Below, in pieces: positions 7,147 through 14,501 of a stretch of DNA of 18,257 nucleotides. Each line of letters opens with the position of its first letter. Within the stretch, counting starts at the first letter, position 1. This DNA comes from a virus: the IMG/VR virus record IMGVR_UViG_3300001507_000013, one strand, 5' to 3'. The translations under genes and the position numbers were made by a program. A model generated the notes under the pieces. That model ran no database searches. It was not told the origin of the DNA and worked only from the letters and a program-made list of their open reading frames with translations.

Positions 7147-7237
7147 TAGTAGCGTCTTTTTTTACGAGGTATAGTGACAAGTGACGTTTGCCATACGGAT
7201 TATGTTTTGTTGTTTATTTACTAGAATGTTCTAGCAT
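7128..7237 (-). ncRNA. Candidate small RNA of about 110 nt, from the 7244-7272 promoter to the bidirectional terminator
   Basis: A promoter-like element and an intrinsic terminator bracket a non-coding stretch. It holds a 5' hairpin CTAGAA-CA-TTCTAG and a GTCAC-TT-GTCAC direct repeat. The only ORF is 7 codons with no RBS. Confidence 0.25.
7135..7163. terminator. Bidirectional rho-independent terminator at the convergence point of the two arms
   Basis: GACGCTAC (7135-7142), 6-nt loop, GTAGCGTC (7149-7156). T7 follows on the + strand (7157-7163). A-T6 follows on the - strand (7134-7128). The polymerase stop codon is in the loop. Confidence 0.7.
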
Positions 7238-7243
7238 ACTTAT

Positions 7244-7272
7244 ATTATAGCATAATTTTTACTTAATGCCAC
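7244..7272 (-). promoter_or_regulatory. Candidate leftward promoter: GTGGCA, 17-nt spacer, TGcTATAAT
   Basis: On the - strand, GTGGCA is at 7272-7267, TG at 7252-7251 and TATAAT at 7249-7244. It lies at or after the stop of the last late gene and points into the intergenic gap. Confidence 0.4.
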
Positions 7273-8680
7273 TAAAAAACATAATATTATCCCCTGCATT
7301 TTCAGGTACACCGTCAATTAATGTATATTCAACAACACGACTCGGAGCCCAATACGGTGGCACGTTATAATTGGCTACTAAAAATGAACCGTCTTTGAAT
7401 ACTGCTACTACGACACCCGTATGTCCGACACCGGGTAATGAGGCTTGTAAATAAGGGGGTTTACTACTAAATCCATAGCCAACTGTTGGTCGGTGTGTGA
7501 CACGTGCACCACGATTACGATAAACCACCCACACACGTTGACCATTTGTAACTTGACCGTCGTCGGCAGGTTGAACTTTTCCATGTAATTGTGTCATATA
7601 ACACTGTGTCAATTCTGTACATTGACCTGTATTACCAAAACGTGGGAATGTATTCCCACTATTATTTAGATAACTAGGTTTAAATAGTGGCACGTCAATA
7701 GCGTCTTTATATTTTTGTGGTAATTGAGAATAAGTCCAGTTACCACCAATCACACGACCATTTTTTCCGTTTGGTGCAACTGATTTACCCCCTTTATCTG
7801 CGCCACCCTCACTATCATCGGCACCTGTATCTTTTCCACCACCCCCGTCGATTCTTGATATTAAGTCTTTCATTTCATCAAGTAATTTTTGATTCATATT
7901 TAAACGATAGGTGTTATTGTATGTTTTTGTAATGGTAAACATCTGATTAGAAAAAAATTTATCAGTACCAATAGAGTGCAAATCCCACTGCATACTGTCT
8001 TGTAATTTTTTAAGAAATTCCTCAAAGGCACGTGCGACAACATCAAGCCCACCACTAGAGCCACTAGAACTACTTGAACCACTGCTTGAACCTCCTTTTC
8101 CGTCTATTTTACCACCCCACGCGAGTATGGTGTTTGAAGCGTCTAAGAATGGATTTCCATAAGTTTGTACCCTATTATAACTAGCTTGTAACCCCTCAGG
8201 ATAATAAGCAGCCCAAGTTGCTGCAGCTGTTAATGGAATATAGGCACGACCGACTTTTCCATTTTTCATATTATGAGAAAAATCATAATTTCCTTTTGCT
8301 TTTACACTTGCAGGCACAAAGTCTACGGGATTTCCTGCGTCAATCCACGAGGGTGTACCTGCTTGACGAGATTGAGAAACAAGTTTACGTGCAACAAATT
8401 GTGCGTCTGATAAATAATTACCCTGTGGTGTTGTATGGTTAAGCCAACCCCAACTACCATTATAGCCCTCATTTTTTTCATAAGCACTAAATAATGCAGG
8501 TGATACCCCAATGCTTTTAACTGCACTCAAGACCTGCCTAATTTTACCTGAATCATTACCACACCATGCTTGAAATCGTCCTATGCCTTTGACTTTAGGT
8601 ACTAAATCATCAACACTTAATCCAAAATCATCATTTAAGTTAGAATGTATAAACTTGTCAATTTTTTCTTTATCATTCAT
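7259..8680 (-). CDS. Tail-associated peptidoglycan hydrolase (tail tip/spike lysin), 473 aa: N-terminal glycosidase-like domain, middle domain, C-terminal CHAP peptidase
   Basis: CHAP signature: NTGQCTEL (Cys), GVGHTGVV (His), ANYN. Two Gly/Ser-rich linkers (GGSSSGSSSSSGSSGG and DGGGGKDTGADDSEGGADKGG). It is the last late gene next to the holin, as for the P68-type tail spike. The N-terminal domain call is tentative. Confidence 0.8.
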   Translation of the reverse strand: MNDKEKIDKFIHSNLNDDFGLSVDDLVPKVKGIGRFQAWCGNDSGKIRQVLSAVKSIGVSPALFSAYEKNEGYNGSWGWLNHTTPQGNYLSDAQFVARKLVSQSRQAGTPSWIDAGNPVDFVPASVKAKGNYDFSHNMKNGKVGRAYIPLTAAATWAAYYPEGLQASYNRVQTYGNPFLDASNTILAWGGKIDGKGGSSSGSSSSSGSSGGLDVVARAFEEFLKKLQDSMQWDLHSIGTDKFFSNQMFTITKTYNNTYRLNMNQKLLDEMKDLISRIDGGGGKDTGADDSEGGADKGGKSVAPNGKNGRVIGGNWTYSQLPQKYKDAIDVPLFKPSYLNNSGNTFPRFGNTGQCTELTQCYMTQLHGKVQPADDGQVTNGQRVWVVYRNRGARVTHRPTVGYGFSSKPPYLQASLPGVGHTGVVVAVFKDGSFLVANYNVPPYWAPSRVVEYTLIDGVPENAGDNIMFFSGIK

Positions 8681-9095
8681 CTTTATCTACTTCTTTCATC
8701 GGTTTATTGTCACGACTACGAATGACTTTTAATTTTTCACCTATTTCTTCGGGAATCAGAACCCCCATTTCTGCACAGTTTTCAACAATAGATAATCCCT
8801 CATTCGCTATATAGAAAAAGATTGTTACCATTAATAAACCATTGTTTAGATTTAATATTTGGTCAATGATATTTGCTAAAATGATAATACAGAAAATGAG
8901 TATTTTACGACCAAATCCATACATGCTTTTTCTACTCCATAAATTTTTATTTTTAAAGGCTTTAGCTAAACCTGTAATAATATCAATTAACATTAATACC
9001 ATTAAAAAATACAGTAATTTTATATCACCTGCATATATAAATGTGTGAAAAGCGTCAGTTTGTGTATATTGTACGTGTAATTCACCTTTTTCCAT
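8673..9095 (-). CDS. Holin, 140 aa (phage_holin_4 / LL-H-type family)
   Basis: Three hydrophobic segments (LLYFLMVLMLIDIITGL, ILIFCIIILANII, LLMVTIFFYIA). It has the family hallmark NEGLSIVEN. The start is set at ATG 9095, just after the tail-knob stop. The longer track ORF starts at TTG inside the upstream gene. Confidence 0.8.
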   Translation of the reverse strand: MEKGELHVQYTQTDAFHTFIYAGDIKLLYFLMVLMLIDIITGLAKAFKNKNLWSRKSMYGFGRKILIFCIIILANIIDQILNLNNGLLMVTIFFYIANEGLSIVENCAEMGVLIPEEIGEKLKVIRSRDNKPMKEVDKDE

Positions 9096-9105
9096 TTTTT
9101 TAAAC

Positions 9106-10872
9106 CTACTTTCTAAATTTATTTTTAAATACATTTTGTGCCATTGGATTGTTTGTTCCGTCGTTATGCCAAAATCTGACACCCGTTTCAAGTAATACTT
9201 TTAACTGTTCTAAAAGCATAGGGTCGATACCGTCAATAGTATATGTACCTCTCATTCTTAAATAATTGCATACCGTCCATGAATCAATTGGAAACGGTGT
9301 ACCTGCTTGGTCGTTTGTTTCAAAACCTAACATGAAATAATAACGTTTAATATTATCCATATCGAAGGGTGCGGGTACACCAATTTTCATTGTTAATCCA
9401 TTAATACTATTTGCAATTTGGAACGCATTTCCCATTTGTGAACTTGTCACAGTAGGGGGTTGTAATGCTAAATCTTTATATTCTGCTCGTAATTCTTTAT
9501 AGTAATTATACTCATCATTAAATTTTGAAAATAATGCCGTTGGTGAAAGATTAGATCCAATGCTTACGGCGTCATAAAATCTTGATTTCAAATCATTACC
9601 ATTGACAACATTATTGATTCTATTAGATATTAAATTACTTTGTGCATTTTTTTGTTTATTAGCTTGTTGAGATTGTGCCAGTAATCCATTATCAATTAAA
9701 ATAGGGACTTCGGCAAAACTATCAAACGTGATAGCAGTATTTAAAAATGAACCTGTATCAATCAATATTGAATTATCACTTGCTTGTATTGGTTTTTCAT
9801 TGGGTGCGCTATTATAGTCAACAGGATAAATACGTACCTCATTATGATAACCAATAATAGATTTTGTTCTTAACTTAACCCCTGTTTTTTCTGTAATTTT
9901 TCCTGCGTCAAGTAATAAACTGTCACCATTCCATGAATAAATTTCAATTGTTAAATATTCATTTCTTACAAGATGTTTTAATTCATCTTGATTAGCATTA
10001 ATCATATATTGTAATCTTTCAAAAGGTACACGTAATTCTTTTAATTCCCATTCATTCGATAACTTTTCATTTTTTAGTGTCATTAAACCTTTAATATCTT
10101 CTTGTGTTTTGACTGCTTCTAAATCATCAATATTAATAAATGTAGCAGGTATTAAAATAATTTTTTGAAAGTTTTGCGTAATCCATGGATATTTACTCAT
10201 TTTATCCATAAATTCGTTAAAGTCTTTACGATTCATCACATACAGATTCACTGGACTTGTAATGTAATCGTAAGTAATCCCTTTTGATGATTCTAGGTTA
10301 GGCTCTTTTTTCGTACCAAACTTTTTAGATAAATCAGCACTTGATTGGAATAAAACAAGATTACCACCAAACTGTTCAAGATAATTATTTAAATAGTATT
10401 TGTTACTGGCTTTAATAACATCATCATTATTTCTCAGTGACGGTAACAAATAATTATAGACCTCACGTGGCAGGTGTTGACGTTCAACAAAAGCATTTTG
10501 TACTTGAGATAATACATTACCCTGTGTGTAAGTCATCACTGTATCAATGACTAAATACATTCGTGTCACATGGTCGTTGACATACTCAATTTGATTCACA
10601 AACGCATAATAACGTCTATTTTCAAAATCAGATTTAAACGTACAGTAATTAATCCCCTGTGCGTCTTGCCATGACATTTGTTCAAGATTCACCATGTTTC
10701 TATCACGTATAAAATTAAAAGGAATATTTTTATAATCAATCGCATTAAAATGATTTTCATTTAAAAAATAGTTGTCACGTTCATTGTTTGATGAAAAGTG
10801 AATTGTGTTTTGATAATCTGTCAGTGGTGTATTATAGAAAAATTTAAAATGTGTCAGTTTTCTATCTGCCAT
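9106..10872 (-). CDS. Tail knob protein (phi29 gp9-like distal tail tube), 588 aa
   Basis: AAGGAGG RBS. Size and position match the tail knob of phi29/P68-type phages. The call rests on synteny. Confidence 0.65.
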   Translation of the reverse strand: MADRKLTHFKFFYNTPLTDYQNTIHFSSNNERDNYFLNENHFNAIDYKNIPFNFIRDRNMVNLEQMSWQDAQGINYCTFKSDFENRRYYAFVNQIEYVNDHVTRMYLVIDTVMTYTQGNVLSQVQNAFVERQHLPREVYNYLLPSLRNNDDVIKASNKYYLNNYLEQFGGNLVLFQSSADLSKKFGTKKEPNLESSKGITYDYITSPVNLYVMNRKDFNEFMDKMSKYPWITQNFQKIILIPATFINIDDLEAVKTQEDIKGLMTLKNEKLSNEWELKELRVPFERLQYMINANQDELKHLVRNEYLTIEIYSWNGDSLLLDAGKITEKTGVKLRTKSIIGYHNEVRIYPVDYNSAPNEKPIQASDNSILIDTGSFLNTAITFDSFAEVPILIDNGLLAQSQQANKQKNAQSNLISNRINNVVNGNDLKSRFYDAVSIGSNLSPTALFSKFNDEYNYYKELRAEYKDLALQPPTVTSSQMGNAFQIANSINGLTMKIGVPAPFDMDNIKRYYFMLGFETNDQAGTPFPIDSWTVCNYLRMRGTYTIDGIDPMLLEQLKVLLETGVRFWHNDGTNNPMAQNVFKNKFRK

Positions 10873-10890
10873 AAAATAACCTCCTTATAT

Positions 10891-10921
10891 GTAAAAATAG
10901 ACACGCTTTCACGTGTCTATT
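10891..10921 (-). terminator. Intra-operon hairpin with a U-run (attenuator or terminator) upstream of the tail knob gene
   Basis: The - strand reads AATAGACACG-TGAAAG-CGTGTCTATT followed by TTTAC (a T5 run counting the last two stem Ts). The stem is a perfect 10 bp (10921-10912 with 10905-10896). Confidence 0.55.
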
Positions 10922-10931
10922 ATATCATAAT

Positions 10932-11735
10932 TTAATCCATAAATACGGTATTAATTGGACACCACTCATCGCCTGTTGGACTAGGGTAGGTTGTTCCCTC
11001 AATAACAACATCACCTGCACGCATAATTGTAATTCTTGTGTAGTAAATAGCACCTGATTTTTTACTTGTATTTTGAACATAGTAATGTGGATTTGTGAAC
11101 TCACCATTGATAGGTATTTTTCCTACTGTAATAGAATTACCTTTATAACCTTTTACTGCACCACGTAAAGCAACTGTTTTAATGCCTTTTACGTTAGTAA
11201 TTCGATATTGTGGTGGGTCGGTATGTGGTATTAACCCACTACCTGTGATTTTGATATTTTGCCAACCTGTATCTTCAATAGTAATACCATTGATTTTTTC
11301 CGTATTCGATTGAATTTTTTTATTTGTTTCTTCTATCTTTTCGTCTATCTTTTCGTTTAACGTTTTTTGTTCTTGTTTCAATTCGTCGATATTAATGGAA
11401 TCAATTTTTTGCTTCATTTCTTCTAAGTTGTAACTATTAAATTTTTCAGTAATTTCATTCACTTTTAATTTGTTATCTTCGACAGATGTTTCAATGACTT
11501 TGATTTTTTCTTCATTATCATAAATACGTTTTTCATTGTCTGATAATTTTTCTTGTACTTCTTGCATTTCATCTTGTAGTGGTTCGATACTTTCTAAATG
11601 AAGAAATCCGTTTTTAGTGTAAATATAAACATCACCGTCAACGGTTGAACATATATCATTTTCGTCAAGAAGATTTGTATTAAAATTTTGTAGGTTATAA
11701 ATATCTTTGACACTTCTTACAAATTTACTTGCCAT
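10932..11735 (-). CDS. Coiled-coil fibre protein, 267 aa (head-fibre/decoration-like)
   Basis: ATG at 11735 is preceded by GGAGG 9 nt upstream. The track start at 11774 has no RBS. A central region of about 100 aa is heptad-rich and charged (EKLSDNEKRIYDNEEKIKVIE...). The C-terminal part looks beta-rich. Size and build resemble phi29-type head fibres. Confidence 0.6.
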   Translation of the reverse strand: MASKFVRSVKDIYNLQNFNTNLLDENDICSTVDGDVYIYTKNGFLHLESIEPLQDEMQEVQEKLSDNEKRIYDNEEKIKVIETSVEDNKLKVNEITEKFNSYNLEEMKQKIDSINIDELKQEQKTLNEKIDEKIEETNKKIQSNTEKINGITIEDTGWQNIKITGSGLIPHTDPPQYRITNVKGIKTVALRGAVKGYKGNSITVGKIPINGEFTNPHYYVQNTSKKSGAIYYTRITIMRAGDVVIEGTTYPSPTGDEWCPINTVFMD

Positions 11736-12624
11736 GCTTTTCAACCTCCAATTTTCCCCAAAGATGTTTTTCATTTAGTATTTTTTCGTCTTTATCTTCA
11801 ATATGACCGATTGGCATATAGAAATATTTATCGCTTGAACCTTTTTTAGCGTATTTAAACTTAATCCACCATAATTTTGCTTGTTTATCTTTTATGATTT
11901 GATAAAACGGTACATATTCATTAGGTTGTATATATGAATCTTTATCAACCTCTTTTGCACTCATACCATAATCATATCTAGGAACAATCGGTAATGTATT
12001 TGTTTTATGAGCAGTAAATGTACCACGCCAATTATATTTAACGTATTTATTTTTACTCACTTGTGGTTTATCAGGTGTTTTTCCACCGTTTGCATAATGT
12101 TTAATACGAGAGATAAAGTAATCAATCAATTTTAATTGGTTTGCTCTTGTATTTGGTGCATTAACCCCTATGTGTATATCCCAACTACGATGAGGACAAG
12201 ACGTTGAAAAGTATTCACGATGTAGGTGAACCGTATTACGATTAATTGGTAAATTGTATGATTTCATCACATCGGCAACAACTTTAAAAGTAGCTTCTTC
12301 ATTTTTCATAAATGTTTCATCAGATATATGATTTGGATAACTTTCACAGACTTCAAAACCAATTAAATGTTGGTTTGCGTATTGATTTCCACAATGCCAC
12401 TCAACAAAATTTGTAGGGTGATACCATAAAACCTCATTACGATTGATATAAACTGAAGCCCAACCCTGTGTATACGACCCATTTTGTTCACGTGTATATA
12501 ACCAATTTAAATATTGACTAGGTGTCATACTTCCATAATCATTATGAATGACAACTCCGTCAATACTAGGTTTTTGACCTGTCAACTTTTTACCTTTAAT
12601 GTGGTTTGAATAAATATTTTTCAT
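11725..12624 (-). CDS. Endolysin: N-acetylmuramoyl-L-alanine amidase (Amidase_2/PGRP fold) plus C-terminal SH3b-like wall-binding domain, 299 aa
   Basis: Candidate Zn ligands are in VVIHNDYG and VHLHREYFSTSCPH. The WHCGN motif is present. The C-terminal 110 aa or so are Trp/Tyr/Lys-rich and SH3b-like. AAGGAGGT RBS. Confidence 0.8.
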   Translation of the reverse strand: MKNIYSNHIKGKKLTGQKPSIDGVVIHNDYGSMTPSQYLNWLYTREQNGSYTQGWASVYINRNEVLWYHPTNFVEWHCGNQYANQHLIGFEVCESYPNHISDETFMKNEEATFKVVADVMKSYNLPINRNTVHLHREYFSTSCPHRSWDIHIGVNAPNTRANQLKLIDYFISRIKHYANGGKTPDKPQVSKNKYVKYNWRGTFTAHKTNTLPIVPRYDYGMSAKEVDKDSYIQPNEYVPFYQIIKDKQAKLWWIKFKYAKKGSSDKYFYMPIGHIEDKDEKILNEKHLWGKLEVEKHGK

Positions 12625-12644
12625 TGTTTTACCTCCTTAAAATT

Positions 12645-12668
12645 AAGGATAGGCGAGTGCCTACCCTT
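12645..12668 (-). promoter_or_regulatory. GC-rich hairpin spanning the tail-fibre stop codon, just upstream of the endolysin RBS
   Basis: The - strand reads AAGGGTAGGC-ACTC-GCCTATCCTT (10 bp with one G-U pair), then AATTTTAAGGAGG. The U-run is too short for a strong terminator. Confidence 0.45.
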
Positions 12669-14490
12669 TTATAATGAACCCTTTACTATCCATTGTATTA
12701 GGTTCTATGTTTGTTGAATAACCATGGTCTTTATCTGTGAATATCCTACTACCATTATACACGTTATAAATGGTTTTGTTACTAGAAATATTTGAACCAA
12801 AGCAAGTTATTTCACCACCACGTGTTGCATAAACGGGTTCATTTTTAGTGCCTGAAATATTTGACGCTTCGGCAAACACTTTAGACGCATAAGCTAAAAT
12901 ACCAAAATCGCCACTACCTGTGATTGTGATTCTATCTGCAAATATTTGTCCTCCTCGTGTGGCTTCAATCCCGTTACGCCCTGCACGTTCAATCACTGCT
13001 TCATTAATAGAAATCACTGAACCATAAGCGAGTACGTTATCATCTTTTGAACGTGATACTTTCGCACCATATGCAGCGACATATCCGCCACGTGTAGATT
13101 CTAATCCACGACGACCGTTACCGTCACAATTAATTTCTTGACAATAAACATCACCTGCGTAGGCAAGTACACCATTACGTTTATTTCCATTCGTTGTTGA
13201 TAATCTTGCTTGTACAGTTGAACCATGTGTACATTGGATTCCGTCAAGTCCATTTTCATTCGCGTTACCACTTGTAAAATCAACTTTTGAGTTGTTACTT
13301 GCGATGACACCATGCCATTTATTACGTGAAGCAGTCGCCCCTGTGGCATCAATAGAACAACCCCTGTTTGCCATAATACCACTTGCACCACAACCATTAG
13401 CAATACCTTTATCAAAGTTAATATTAGATGAACGTGTTGCAATGACACCGTATGTTGTTTGTGAATTTGAACAATCACTACTTCTTAAATCAATATCACT
13501 TGACGCATAACTTACAACATTATCATCAATTGTATCAGTGATTTTACAGTTTCTTGCACTCGCTTGTGAACCTGTTGTCACCATTAAACCATGATGTCCG
13601 TTGAATCTTGCTTCTGTAAAATCAATATATCCACTTGCACCATGTGAAAAGTGTATACCAATTTCACCACAACGATTAACAGTCATATAGTTACCTGTTA
13701 ATGATGAATTAAATATTCTTAATCCGTCACCGTACATATTTTGTTGATTATTATATTCTTCTAATTGTTCTCTATTTCCATTATAGGAAAAATCACAATA
13801 GTTAGCTTGAATATGTGAACCATTGACACCACATAAACCAATAAAATTAAAGTGTGTAGATCCACCACGTTCAGTCATTTCAAACGTTGTATTATCCATT
13901 AAGAAACCACAATTAATGGTATCTGAAAAGTCTTTATTTTGTAGTTTAAAATCAATTTTAGGAAATGTAGAATTAATACCATAAAATAGTGGTTTTACTC
14001 TAAATATAGGATTTGTTTTAATCTCTATTTGTCTATTTAATTCTGTTTCATAGGCTTCAACAATGTCATTTTCTGATGTAATCGTAATGTGATTGTAACG
14101 CTTATCACGTAAAAATAATTGTTCACGCATCATATAATCTTTAAGTAAAATGACACGTATTGACTTAGGTTGAACAATTAAATTTTCAATGTAATCAAAA
14201 CAATGATTCAATGTGTCAAAATCACCTTTTTGTCCGACTGTATAAGTGACATCTGTATTTGATAATGTTAATGCGTCGTATGTTTCTTTCATTTTTTGTA
14301 TGTCATCTGCTAGTCCATTAACAAAATCACATAATTCAAAAATAAAACCATTAAAACGTGCTAAGTAATCATAATATGATTTTGAATTGGTATTATAATC
14401 TGCATTATCACTGTAAAATGGTTCACGATATATGCCACGACGATACCCGTATTCATTATTATAATTGATTCGACCATTATTTATATACAT
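12661..14490 (-). CDS. Tail fibre / receptor-binding protein with a right-handed parallel beta-helix, 609 aa (possible depolymerase)
   Basis: GGAGGAT RBS. Units of about 22 aa recur in the C-terminal two thirds, e.g. GRRGLESTRGGYV, GRNGIEATRGGQI, NEPVYATRGGEI, NGLDGIQCTHGS. It lies next to the collar genes, as for P68-type tail fibres. Confidence 0.8.
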   Translation of the reverse strand: MYINNGRINYNNEYGYRRGIYREPFYSDNADYNTNSKSYYDYLARFNGFIFELCDFVNGLADDIQKMKETYDALTLSNTDVTYTVGQKGDFDTLNHCFDYIENLIVQPKSIRVILLKDYMMREQLFLRDKRYNHITITSENDIVEAYETELNRQIEIKTNPIFRVKPLFYGINSTFPKIDFKLQNKDFSDTINCGFLMDNTTFEMTERGGSTHFNFIGLCGVNGSHIQANYCDFSYNGNREQLEEYNNQQNMYGDGLRIFNSSLTGNYMTVNRCGEIGIHFSHGASGYIDFTEARFNGHHGLMVTTGSQASARNCKITDTIDDNVVSYASSDIDLRSSDCSNSQTTYGVIATRSSNINFDKGIANGCGASGIMANRGCSIDATGATASRNKWHGVIASNNSKVDFTSGNANENGLDGIQCTHGSTVQARLSTTNGNKRNGVLAYAGDVYCQEINCDGNGRRGLESTRGGYVAAYGAKVSRSKDDNVLAYGSVISINEAVIERAGRNGIEATRGGQIFADRITITGSGDFGILAYASKVFAEASNISGTKNEPVYATRGGEITCFGSNISSNKTIYNVYNGSRIFTDKDHGYSTNIEPNTMDSKGFIIKG

Positions 14491-14501
14491 ATTTTATCCT
14501 C

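Noticed and set aside
7221-7234. CTAGAA-TG-TTCTAG palindrome as the terminator of the late operon
   Set aside because: It is a 6-bp stem with a 2-nt loop and no U-run on the - strand. The hairpin at 7135-7156, with U-runs on both strands, is the more credible terminator. This palindrome may instead be the 5' hairpin of the candidate small RNA.
7717-9048. Five short ORFs (7717-7932 +, 7900-8082 -, 8218-8442 +, 8323-8526 -, 8842-9048 +) inside the tail lysin and holin genes
   Set aside because: All overlap strongly supported - strand genes, in antisense or alternative frames. They lack RBSs and have implausible His/Leu-rich or repetitive translations.
9096-9191. N-terminal extension of the holin ORF (track start 9191), and similar 5' extensions of other track ORFs (1279, 11774, 17789, 18158)
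   Set aside because: The extensions begin at TTG or GTG codons without RBSs (11774 is an ATG, also without an RBS) and run into the preceding gene or the 5' UTR. In each case an internal ATG with a good GGAGG-type RBS at 7-9 nt is available.
10925-11107. 60-aa - strand ORF in an alternative frame at the 3' end of the coiled-coil fibre gene
   Set aside because: Nested in another frame of a supported gene and extending past its stop into the hairpin region. No RBS.
11332-11355. 12-nt tandem duplication TCTATCTTTTCG x2 (encoding EKID/EKIE)
   Set aside because: It lies inside the coiled-coil segment, where short in-frame duplications of charged repeats are common. It shows no sign of being a regulatory repeat or a phase-variation tract.
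13101-13510. 125-aa (-) and 72-aa (+) ORFs inside the tail-fibre gene
   Set aside because: They arise from the GC-richer, repeat-encoding part of the fibre gene, where alternative frames stay open by chance. No RBS and a Val/Gln-rich nonsense-like translation.
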